This document shows positions 29,265 through 37,962 of a stretch of DNA of 64,000 nucleotides, piece by piece. Position 1 is the first letter of the stretch. Each line of letters starts with the position of its first letter. The notes under the pieces are model-generated. The model was not told where the DNA came from and searched no databases. It saw only the letters and a list, made by a program, of their open reading frames with translations. A program made the translations under genes and the position numbers. This DNA is from Flavobacteriaceae bacterium (lineage in GTDB: Bacteria; Bacteroidota; Bacteroidia; Flavobacteriales; Flavobacteriaceae): the NCBI GenBank assembly GCA_027082925.1, contig JALWTD010000013.1:96349-160348 (forward strand), given 5' to 3'.

Positions 29265-30094
29265 AAACAATAAACTGTAACGGAACTTTAATAGACGTCT
29301 CTTCTCCAAAAGTTATGGGTATTTTAAACATTACCCCCGATTCTTTTTTTGACGGAGGAAATTATTTAACCAATGAAGCCATACTAACCCGTGTGCAAAA
29401 AATGATAGATGAAGGAGCTACTTTTATTGATATTGGAGCATATTCATCTCGCCCCGGAGCAAGTCATATTTCTGAAGAAGAAGAACTAAAAAGACTTTTA
29501 CCGGTACTCAAACTTTTAACATCAACATTTAAAGACTTACTTATTTCTGTCGATACATTCAGAAGCAATATCGCTCAAAAGTGTGTTGAAAATGGTGCGT
29601 GTATAATTAATGACATCTCATTAGGAGCGTTAGATAAAAATATGTTTAGCACCATAGCTAAACTACAAGTACCATACATTGCAATGCACATGCAAGGTAC
29701 TCCTCAACATATGCAACACAATCCAACTTACCAAAATGTAGTTACCGAGTTACTTTACTATTTCTCAAAAAAAATAAGCGAACTAAGAACTTTTGGCGTA
29801 AACGATATTGTAATTGATGTTGGATTCGGATTTGGAAAAACCGTAGCTCATAACTATCAACTTTTACATCATTTAAATTTATTCAAAACTCTTGATGTTC
29901 CTTTACTCGTTGGATTATCTAGAAAATCAATGCTTTACAAACCACTTAAAATTACAGCTCAAGAAGCACTAAACGCTACTACAACTGCCAATACCATTGC
30001 GTTATTAAACGGAGCCAATATACTTCGTGTTCATGACGTTAAACAGGCTGTTGAAGCTGTAACCATTGTAAAAATGTTAAACACCAACTTATGA
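29261..30094 (+). CDS. folP: Dihydropteroate synthase
   Basis: MGILNITPDSFFDGG, DIGAYSSRPG, GLSRKS, LRVHDV. Confidence 0.97.
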   Translation: MKTINCNGTLIDVSSPKVMGILNITPDSFFDGGNYLTNEAILTRVQKMIDEGATFIDIGAYSSRPGASHISEEEELKRLLPVLKLLTSTFKDLLISVDTFRSNIAQKCVENGACIINDISLGALDKNMFSTIAKLQVPYIAMHMQGTPQHMQHNPTYQNVVTELLYYFSKKISELRTFGVNDIVIDVGFGFGKTVAHNYQLLHHLNLFKTLDVPLLVGLSRKSMLYKPLKITAQEALNATTTANTIALLNGANILRVHDVKQAVEAVTIVKMLNTNL

Positions 30095-30801
30095 AGAATT
30101 TTTTCTCAATACTACTGCTAATCGCAACTATAAGTTGCGCTAAAACAGAAATTAAAATTCCAACCGCTCCTGAAAAAGGAATTCACGAAATTTACAATCA
30201 TTCTGAAGTTTGGATGTTTTTTAAAACCGTTAATAACGATACCATTGCTGAAGTAAATAGAAAAAACACCATTAGTACTACACATTGGATTTTTAATATT
30301 GATAAACGGCTCCCTTTAAAAACAATAATTACGCCTATTGAAGAATTAAAATACAAACATGCCAACTCTATTCATTCTAAAGAAGGTATGCACAACTATT
30401 TTAGCTATGCAGATACCGTTTTAGGAAAACTCTCATTTTTAGAGTTTGATTTAGTAAACTATAAGAAAGATTCTTTTTTATCAAAACACACCGTAGCAAA
30501 AGACAGCAGTATTTATGCCAAATTTACTAATATTCACATTCTTACAACACCAAATAACATATATATAAACTCTAAAAAAGTAACTACAAAAACATTTAAA
30601 ATCGAATTATTGAAGTTATTAAAAACAACACCTTTGCAAAAACCAGCAAAGCTTCATTTAAATTTTAACAAAAATGTGCTTTATCAAAAGTACCTATTTA
30701 TTAAAACCACTGTGTATAACTTAAATTCTGAAAACACTAGTGTAAACAATACCGAATTTATTTTTGATAAAATGAAAGTTCAAGAATGTGTATGCGATTA
30801 A
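30091..30801 (+). CDS. Conserved hypothetical lipoprotein
   Basis: Lipobox TIS-C; coupled to folP (ATGA overlap). No catalytic motif recognised. Confidence 0.7.
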   Translation: MKNFFSILLLIATISCAKTEIKIPTAPEKGIHEIYNHSEVWMFFKTVNNDTIAEVNRKNTISTTHWIFNIDKRLPLKTIITPIEELKYKHANSIHSKEGMHNYFSYADTVLGKLSFLEFDLVNYKKDSFLSKHTVAKDSSIYAKFTNIHILTTPNNIYINSKKVTTKTFKIELLKLLKTTPLQKPAKLHLNFNKNVLYQKYLFIKTTVYNLNSENTSVNNTEFIFDKMKVQECVCD

Positions 30802-30847
30802 CTTTGGTATGAATCTTTTTCTTATTTTTACAAAAACTAACTTATTA

Positions 30848-31621
30848 ATGCTCGACTTCTTAAACTTTTCTTTTTTAGATATTTTAGACATTGTACTTGT
30901 AGCTATTTTGCTCTACTATATTTACAAGCTCTTAAAAGGTACTGTAGCAATAAATATTTTTATAGGAATTGCCCTTATTGTTTTAATTTGGAAAATTACC
31001 CAAGCTCTACAAATGGAAATGTTAAGCGGCTTATTAGGAACCTTAATTAGCCTAGGAGCCATTGCCATACTTATTGTTTTTCAGCCTGAAGTTAGAAAGT
31101 TTTTATTAATGATTGGCTCTGCTAATTTTACAAATAAACGCAACTTTTTAAAACAACTAAAATTTTTAAAAACCGAAATACAAACCAATACAGATGTTGA
31201 AGCTATTGTAAGTGCTTGTGAAGCCATGGCCAGTACAAAAACAGGAGCTTTAATTGTATTTGAGCGCGCTCAAAATTTAGATTTTGTAAGAACTACTGGA
31301 GATCACATGCACATAGAAATAAACAAACCTATACTTGAGAGTATTTTTTACAAAAACAGTCCGCTGCATGATGGTGCTGTAATTATTAAAGAAAACTATA
31401 TTATTGCCACCCGAATTATATTACCGTTATCAGATAAACACTTGCCTGCCCGTTTTGGACTACGTCATAGAGCTGCTGTTGGCATTACCGAAAAAACAGA
31501 TGCGCTTTGCTTGGTAGTATCAGAAGAAACAGGAAAAATATCGTATATAAAAGACGGAGAATTTACACTGTTTAAAAATAACAACGAACTTATTGAACTT
31601 ATTAAATACGATTTAAATTAA
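30848..31621 (+). CDS. dacA: Diadenylate cyclase (CdaA/DacA)
   Basis: 3 N-terminal TM helices, VFQPEVR, GALIV, SPLHDGA, GLRHRAAVG, VSEETG. ATG 30848 (MLDFLNFS) is preferred over the track start at 30788. Confidence 0.93.
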   Translation: MLDFLNFSFLDILDIVLVAILLYYIYKLLKGTVAINIFIGIALIVLIWKITQALQMEMLSGLLGTLISLGAIAILIVFQPEVRKFLLMIGSANFTNKRNFLKQLKFLKTEIQTNTDVEAIVSACEAMASTKTGALIVFERAQNLDFVRTTGDHMHIEINKPILESIFYKNSPLHDGAVIIKENYIIATRIILPLSDKHLPARFGLRHRAAVGITEKTDALCLVVSEETGKISYIKDGEFTLFKNNNELIELIKYDLN

Positions 31622-31689
31622 GTGTTTTTTAAGGCCATATTATGGGTTTTCAACACCGTTAATTTAACTTATGTAAAAACAAAATACCG

Positions 31690-33453
31690 TTACAATACTT
31701 CGCTTGTAAACTGCATGTCGTATAAATTTTTGTAATAGCCATTTTTATTTAATAAAGCTACGTGTGTACCTTGTTCAACAATTTTACCTTTGTCCATTAC
31801 AATAATTTTATCGGCTTTTTTAACAGTTGTTAATCTGTGAGCAATAATAATAGATGTTTGATGCTGCGTAATTTTATCGGTAGCTTTTTGGATAAGCTGT
31901 TCTGAATACGAATCGATAGACGAAGTGGCTTCATCTAAAATTAACACACTAGGGTTACTTACATAGGCACGTAAAAACGCAATTAGTTGTCGCTGTCCTG
32001 AAGATAGCATAACGCCACGTTCTTTAACGTTATAATGGTAGTTATTTGGTAAACTCATAATAAATTCATGAATGCCTATTTCTTTTGCTGCGCTTTTTAC
32101 AACATCTAACGTAATGTTTTGATTTCCTAAAACAATGTTATTGTAAATAGAATCGGAAAACAAAAATACATCTTGTAATACCACTGCTATTTGTTTACGT
32201 AATGAAGACAGGGTGTAGTTTTCAATATTCTGATTATCGATGCATATTTCGCCTTCTTCCAACTCGTAAAACCTATTTACCAAGTTAATTATGGTAGATT
32301 TCCCAGCTCCTGTTGCTCCAACAATGGCAACCGTTTCACCTGCGTTTACATCAAATGAAATACCTTTTAATACTTGCTCACCTTTTACGTAACTAAAGCA
32401 TACGTTTTTAAAAGAAATTACACCTTTAAAAGATGTTGCTTCAATAGTTCCTTTTTTTGTAATTTGACTCTGCGTGTCTAAAACTTCAAAAACACGATCG
32501 CCTACTACCATTCCCATTTGCAAGGTGTTAAACTTATCGGCTATTTGACGTAAAGGCCTAAATAGCATTTGCGCCATCATAATAAATGCAATAATTTGCC
32601 CGGCATTTGTTAATCCTGAATTTACAATATCTAAACTACCGTACCACACCAGCAATCCTACTGCTATAGACGATAGTATTTCAGCTATTGGAAAAAAAAT
32701 AGAGTAATACCAAACAGTTCTAATATGTGCCTTTTTATGTTTATCGTTTATTTTAATAAAATTTTGATATTCTATTTTTTCTCTATTAAACAACTGCACT
32801 ATTTTCATTCCAGTAACACGTTCTTGTACAAAACCGTTTAAATTAGCTACTTGTTTTCTAACATCTTGAAAGGCCGACTTTATGGCTATTTGAAATAATT
32901 TTGTTGCATAAATAAGTATAGGCAATATTATAAAAGCTATAAGTGCTAATTTCCAATTCATCCATAACATCACTATTGAAACAACAAGCATTTTAAGTAA
33001 GTCGCTAATAATCATAAACAATCCTTGCCCAAAAAACTGTGCAATTGTTTCGGTATCTGAAACCAATCTGGTTACTAGTTTCCCTACCGATGAATTATCA
33101 AAATATGCCATTTTAAATTGAAGCATATGTTTTTGCAACTGAACGCGAATATCTTTAATAATATGTTGTCCCAGCCAGTTTACTTTGTAAATAAATATAA
33201 ATTGTAAAAAAACTTCTCCCATTAACAAAACAAGCATTACTAACGAGAATTTTAAAAGGCCGGCTACGTCTTTATTTTTAAAGTAAAGATTAATAATATA
33301 TTGAAGTACAACAGGTCTGGCAGCTGCCACAAGCGATAAAAATATTGCCGAGAAAACACCCAAAATAAATTGAATACGGTATTTTTTAGCAAAGCGTAAC
33401 AATCGCATAAATATTTTTGCATCAAATGCTTTTCCTGTCACTTTTTTATCCAT
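31690..33453 (-). CDS. ABC transporter, fused permease/ATPase (MsbA-like exporter)
   Basis: 6 TM segments, Walker A GATGAGKST, LSSGQRQL, ILDEATS, IAHRL. Confidence 0.93.
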   Translation of the reverse strand: MDKKVTGKAFDAKIFMRLLRFAKKYRIQFILGVFSAIFLSLVAAARPVVLQYIINLYFKNKDVAGLLKFSLVMLVLLMGEVFLQFIFIYKVNWLGQHIIKDIRVQLQKHMLQFKMAYFDNSSVGKLVTRLVSDTETIAQFFGQGLFMIISDLLKMLVVSIVMLWMNWKLALIAFIILPILIYATKLFQIAIKSAFQDVRKQVANLNGFVQERVTGMKIVQLFNREKIEYQNFIKINDKHKKAHIRTVWYYSIFFPIAEILSSIAVGLLVWYGSLDIVNSGLTNAGQIIAFIMMAQMLFRPLRQIADKFNTLQMGMVVGDRVFEVLDTQSQITKKGTIEATSFKGVISFKNVCFSYVKGEQVLKGISFDVNAGETVAIVGATGAGKSTIINLVNRFYELEEGEICIDNQNIENYTLSSLRKQIAVVLQDVFLFSDSIYNNIVLGNQNITLDVVKSAAKEIGIHEFIMSLPNNYHYNVKERGVMLSSGQRQLIAFLRAYVSNPSVLILDEATSSIDSYSEQLIQKATDKITQHQTSIIIAHRLTTVKKADKIIVMDKGKIVEQGTHVALLNKNGYYKNLYDMQFTSEVL

Positions 33454-34198
33454 TTATAAAGATATTTTTTGGGTATATAACTTCTGTTAAAAATAATCCT
33501 TGAGCCGGTGCAGATGGTCCTGCATTACTCCTATTATTGCTTTTTATTATTTCTTCAAATTCAGCTATGGTTATTTTTTCTAATCCCACTTCAACAAGTG
33601 TTCCTACAATTGCTCGTACCATATTTCGCAAAAATCTGTTGGCTGAAATATAAAATGTAAGTACATTTTCGTGCTGTTCCCAAACGGCTTTGTACAAATC
33701 ACAATTGTATGTTTTTACATCTGATTTTGAACGAGAAAAAGACTTAAAACCGGTGTAATTTAATAAAATTTTAGCAGCTTCATTCATTTTAGAAACTTGC
33801 AACTTTTTATGTGTAAGTTGCCAAGTAGTATCAGTTAAAAATGGGTCTCTTCCCAAAAAAATTCGATATTCATAACTCCTTTTTACAGCGTCAAAACGAG
33901 CATGAGCTGTATGGGTTGTTTTAATAATATTTTTCACCACAATATCGTTAGGTAAAATAGCATTTACCTTGTAAAGTATTTCTTCTGTATTAAACTGATT
34001 AGAAATATCAAAATGTGCAAATAATTGTGTTGCATGAACACCTGTATCTGTTCTTCCTGCTCCAACCACATCAATAGGTGTTCTAAAAACCGTAGAAAAT
34101 GTTTTATTTACAAGTTCTTGAACCGTTATGGCGTTGGGTTGCACTTGCCATCCGTGGTAATTTGTTCCTTTATACGATAATTCAATAAAATATCTCAA
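33446..34198 (-). CDS. truA: tRNA pseudouridine(38-40) synthase
   Basis: RYFIELSYKGTNYHGWQ, GAGRTDTGVHA, RFLRNMVR. TTG 34198 is preferred because the track start overlaps a promoter box. Confidence 0.96.
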   Translation of the reverse strand: MRYFIELSYKGTNYHGWQVQPNAITVQELVNKTFSTVFRTPIDVVGAGRTDTGVHATQLFAHFDISNQFNTEEILYKVNAILPNDIVVKNIIKTTHTAHARFDAVKRSYEYRIFLGRDPFLTDTTWQLTHKKLQVSKMNEAAKILLNYTGFKSFSRSKSDVKTYNCDLYKAVWEQHENVLTFYISANRFLRNMVRAIVGTLVEVGLEKITIAEFEEIIKSNNRSNAGPSAPAQGLFLTEVIYPKNIFING

Positions 34199-34223
34199 TT
34201 GAAATGCTATTTTTGTAACAACG

Positions 34224-34231
34224 CAAATATA
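34224..34231 (-). promoter_or_regulatory. -7 promoter box for truA
   Basis: TATATTTG on the minus strand. Confidence 0.65.
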
Positions 34232-34262
34232 CACCATATTTACGAGTATAATTTTACTTTTA

Positions 34263-34757
34263 ATGACGCATATTCTATTACTTTCAGATACACACGGTTA
34301 CATAGATGAACAAATACTTAAATTTGTAAAACAAGCCGATGAGGTTTGGCACGTTGGTGATATTGGTAGTTTTGAGGTGGTTGAAGCTATAAAAAAATTA
34401 AAACCCTTACGCGCTGTTTATGGTAATATTGACGATGCTTTAATGCGATTAGAATATCCTTTAGATGCTAAATTTACTGTTGAAAATGTATCGGTATGGA
34501 TGACGCATATTGGTGGATATCCAAACAAATATGCGCCTAGAGTAAAAAACGAAATCAAAAAAAAACCTCCTACGCTTTTTATAAGTGGACACTCACATAT
34601 TTTAAAAGTTATTTTTGATAAAAAATTGAATGTTTTACATTTAAATCCCGGAGCGGCCGGTAAACATGGGTTTCATAAAGTTAGAACCATGTTGCGGTTT
34701 TATATTGACAACGATAAAATAACAAATCTTGAAGTTATTGAACTGGAAAAACGTTAA
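34263..34757 (+). CDS. YfcE/MJ0936-type metallophosphoesterase
   Basis: SDTHG, HVGDIG, VYGNID, THIG, SGHSH, LNPGAAG. Confidence 0.9.
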   Translation: MTHILLLSDTHGYIDEQILKFVKQADEVWHVGDIGSFEVVEAIKKLKPLRAVYGNIDDALMRLEYPLDAKFTVENVSVWMTHIGGYPNKYAPRVKNEIKKKPPTLFISGHSHILKVIFDKKLNVLHLNPGAAGKHGFHKVRTMLRFYIDNDKITNLEVIELEKR

Positions 34758-36508
34758 TATTGGATAGGAACCGATATGTAAACACGTGTACCTTCCTCGG
34801 TAGATTTAATTTTTATAATACCGTCCATAACGGTAACTCTGGCTTCAATTTGACTAAGTCCAAGTCCATTTTTTTCCTGAATTTCTTCTAGAACAAATCC
34901 TTTACCATTATCTACTACTACAATTTGAAGTTGGCCGTTTTTTTGTTCAATTTTTACCGATCCTTCTGAAGCATTACTATGCTTAATTATATTATTAACC
35001 AGCTCTGTAATAATATTAAATATTTTTACTTCAAAATCTACATTAAAACGTCCAATATTTTTAGAATCGTACCTTAAATTTAATTCGGAATTAGATGCTT
35101 TTTCACACAAATCTTGCAAAGCAACACTTAGTCCAAATTTTGTTAATACTGAAGAAATAAGTTTATGCGACAGTTCTCGTATTTTTTCTGAAGCCTCTAA
35201 AATTATTTTTTGGGTTTTTTCAATCTCAATAGGAATATTTTCTTTCAGCTGTTTTTTACTCGCGTATAAATGCAAATTGGCCGCTGAGAGTAAAGCACTA
35301 ATATTGTCATGAAGTATTGAAGCTATTTTTTTACGTTCTGCTAATTTCCCGTCTAAAGTGGCTACTAATATTTTTGCTTGAGAATCGCTTTTAATTTTCT
35401 CAATTTTACTTTGATGTATTAGTTGTCGCTGATTTATTTGAAGTTTATGATTTTTTTTGTTTAGCTTAACTATTTTATATAAAATGTATAAAACCAGTAA
35501 TAGTATTAAAATGGCAAAAGCCAAACCATATGACAGGTACTCGGCTTTTAGTCTTTTTGTTTTTTCAATTTGAGCTTCTTTTTCTTTTGTTGCCAATTCG
35601 TATTTAGATTCTATCTCGGCAATTTCTTTATACTTTAAGTCTTGTTGTAACGAATCGTTTAACGAAAAATATTTGTCTTGATACTCAAATGCTTTTTCAA
35701 AATCTTTTAAACCACTATAAGCATATGCCATATTAATATAGGCAAGACTTCTTGTTTTGCGTTTCATCTCGTCTGTACCACCTTTAACCAAAGCAAGTGT
35801 TTTCTTAAACGCATCGAGCGCTTCTTGGTACTTTCCTTGCAGGTAATAAATACCGCCCAAATTATTTAAAATTCCGGCTTCTATATCTACATTTCCTAAA
35901 ATTTTCTGATAGTTAGCCGCTACTTTAGAGTGTTTAATAGCCTCATCAAAATTTTGCTTTAAATAGTATATTCCCGAAATATTGGCATGTAATTTAGCTT
36001 TTAAATCGACATTATCTGTAAATTTACTACTCGCAAATAGCGCTTTTTTATAATAAACCAACGCACTGTCAATTGCACCGTCATTTTGAAAATTACCTCC
36101 TTTTTTAAAATAGACTACTTGCTGATTTTTATAATCGTTTAAAATGAAAGGAATAATTTTATTAAAATAGGCTGTTGATCCTGAAAAGTCACCACTATTT
36201 CTAGAGATATCGGCCAGTTTTTTATATCCTTCAACAATTAGTGTTGTATCTCTATTGCGTTCGGCATTTTTAATTAATGCATATAGTTTATTAAGTGCTT
36301 TAGATGTTTCTCCTTTCTCAATTAGCTTATTAATTTGTGTTAGCTTGCTATTTTGTGAATTGGTGAGTTTATATTGGTCTATTCCCTTATCAAAGTTACC
36401 GGTGCTTCCTATGGCTTTTGTAAGCGGTATAAATAGTATTAAGAAATAGAAAATAAGCTTAGGCAAATTCATAAAAAGTAACTGTTTTACAATGGCACTA
36501 TTAAACAA
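34754..36508 (-). CDS. Sensor histidine kinase (HisKA_3) with extracytoplasmic TPR sensor
   Basis: Signal/TM segment, TPR helices (ILNNLGGIYYLQG), a second TM, ERKKIASILHD, ELVNNIIKHS, DNGKGF, GLGL. Alternative ATG at 36472. Confidence 0.88.
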   Translation of the reverse strand: MFNSAIVKQLLFMNLPKLIFYFLILFIPLTKAIGSTGNFDKGIDQYKLTNSQNSKLTQINKLIEKGETSKALNKLYALIKNAERNRDTTLIVEGYKKLADISRNSGDFSGSTAYFNKIIPFILNDYKNQQVVYFKKGGNFQNDGAIDSALVYYKKALFASSKFTDNVDLKAKLHANISGIYYLKQNFDEAIKHSKVAANYQKILGNVDIEAGILNNLGGIYYLQGKYQEALDAFKKTLALVKGGTDEMKRKTRSLAYINMAYAYSGLKDFEKAFEYQDKYFSLNDSLQQDLKYKEIAEIESKYELATKEKEAQIEKTKRLKAEYLSYGLAFAILILLLVLYILYKIVKLNKKNHKLQINQRQLIHQSKIEKIKSDSQAKILVATLDGKLAERKKIASILHDNISALLSAANLHLYASKKQLKENIPIEIEKTQKIILEASEKIRELSHKLISSVLTKFGLSVALQDLCEKASNSELNLRYDSKNIGRFNVDFEVKIFNIITELVNNIIKHSNASEGSVKIEQKNGQLQIVVVDNGKGFVLEEIQEKNGLGLSQIEARVTVMDGIIKIKSTEEGTRVYISVPIQY

Positions 36509-37160
36509 TATTGTTTTTTACTGCGTAAATAGCCAAACCTACAACATTTTTTACATTCAATTTAGAAATCAAGTTTTTTCGGTGAGTTTCAACAGTATTA
36601 ATACTAATGTGAAGTTCGTTGCTAATTTCTTTTGAATTGTATTGTAGCGCTATTAAACGCAATACCTCTAATTCTCTAGGGGTTAGTGAGCTAAAAAATG
36701 TACTTTCGTGAGAAGATTTACGCTCTTTCACCAAATTACCCGTAAAAGTAGACAACAATTTATCTTGAATACTTTTACTAAAATACTGCTTGCCTTCATA
36801 CACTGTATTAATAGCATCAACAATATGTTCCCCGGCACATTTTTTAGCTAAAAAACCACTAGCGCCAATTTTCAACACTTCTTTTATTAGTTTCACATCG
36901 TCATAGCTCGATAAAACTATTATTTTTTGTTGAAAATTTTGTTCATTAAATACCTTCATTACTTCAATTCCATCTAATTCAGGCATATTAATGTCTAAAA
37001 TTAAAACATCGGCCTTATTGGATGCAAACCAACTTAAAACATCTTTACCGCTGAGAGAGTGCCCAACAACTTCAATGTTTTTTTCTGAAGATAAAACCGC
37101 GATAATGCCATCAATTAATATTTGATGATCATCTGCGATATGAACTGTAACCTTTTTCAT
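36501..37160 (-). CDS. NarL/LuxR-family response regulator
   Basis: ADDHQ, LDINMPELDG, LTPRELEVL, TVETHRKN. Confidence 0.93.
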   Translation of the reverse strand: MKKVTVHIADDHQILIDGIIAVLSSEKNIEVVGHSLSGKDVLSWFASNKADVLILDINMPELDGIEVMKVFNEQNFQQKIIVLSSYDDVKLIKEVLKIGASGFLAKKCAGEHIVDAINTVYEGKQYFSKSIQDKLLSTFTGNLVKERKSSHESTFFSSLTPRELEVLRLIALQYNSKEISNELHISINTVETHRKNLISKLNVKNVVGLAIYAVKNNIV

Positions 37161-37209
37161 AAATTTCCCTCACTTCAAAAGTATCTAAAAAAATAATGTT
37201 TTAACTAAC

Positions 37210-37217
37210 CAAAAGTA
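37210..37217 (-). promoter_or_regulatory. -7 promoter box for the RR/HK operon
   Basis: TACTTTTG on the minus strand. Confidence 0.5.
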
Positions 37218-37254
37218 ATGATATTTCCTTATCCCTGAAAACCGTTAGAAAACA

Positions 37255-37285
37255 AAAACCATTTCAAGAGTATTGAAATGGTTTT
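37255..37285 (-). terminator. Intrinsic terminator after the DUF4293 gene
   Basis: AAAACCATTTCAA-(5 nt)-TTGAAATGGTTTT, a perfect 13-bp inverted repeat. Confidence 0.75.
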
Positions 37286-37314
37286 AGCGCACTAAATATA
37301 CTAAGATGTTAGGT

Positions 37315-37749
37315 TTATCGTAATCTATCAACAGATTTTACGAGCTCCTCATCCCTTTTAATTGCTTTATTGGCTAATACAACCAATAATATTGTAAAAA
37401 TAGGAATAAGCAACCCAATACCTTTCTCAGAAACAGTAATTTCTCCAGATAAATTTTGTGAAAAATATACGAGTATACCTAATAAAATAAAGTTGATCAA
37501 AATTGTTAATCGCCCTAACACAAACTGCAACTGTCTTTTTTTAAACTGAAAAATAGTGACTAGGGTGAGTATTGCTGAAACAAAAAATAAGGCCGCCATT
37601 GCTATAAGTAACTTATTACCAGAGCTGAATGAATCCATCACATAAAATGCTTCATTTTGCTCGTTAACCCAAAGGTTAAAAAGAAAAATAGCACCTCCTG
37701 AAAGCAATGTGGCTACAAATAAATAAACTGTTTGAACTCTTTGAATCAT
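37315..37749 (-). CDS. DUF4293 family membrane protein
   Basis: MIQRVQTVYL, IFQFKKRQLQ, LANKAIKRDEELVKSVDRLR. ATG 37749 is preferred. Confidence 0.85.
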   Translation of the reverse strand: MIQRVQTVYLFVATLLSGGAIFLFNLWVNEQNEAFYVMDSFSSGNKLLIAMAALFFVSAILTLVTIFQFKKRQLQFVLGRLTILINFILLGILVYFSQNLSGEITVSEKGIGLLIPIFTILLVVLANKAIKRDEELVKSVDRLR

Positions 37750-37767
37750 TTTTAAAATAATTGGTAG

Positions 37768-37775
37768 CAAAAGTA
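37768..37775 (-). promoter_or_regulatory. -7 promoter box for DUF4293
   Basis: TACTTTTG; it overlaps the track's TTG start. Confidence 0.6.
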
Positions 37776-37821
37776 CGTTTTATTTTTAAAGATATAAAGA
37801 ATACATATAAAAAAAATATTG

Positions 37822-37829
37822 TATATTTG
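37822..37829 (+). promoter_or_regulatory. -7 promoter box for rho (about 130-nt leader)
   Basis: TATATTTG, 133 nt upstream of the rho ATG. Confidence 0.6.
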
Positions 37830-37962
37830 CTGAGTCCTACTACAAAGTACATGTACTCAGGAACTACAATAAAAAACAAATCACCACAAGTTTGATTTAC
37901 AACGACGAAACACTTTATACTATATAAAGTTTACACATAACAATTAATTACAATTTAACATA

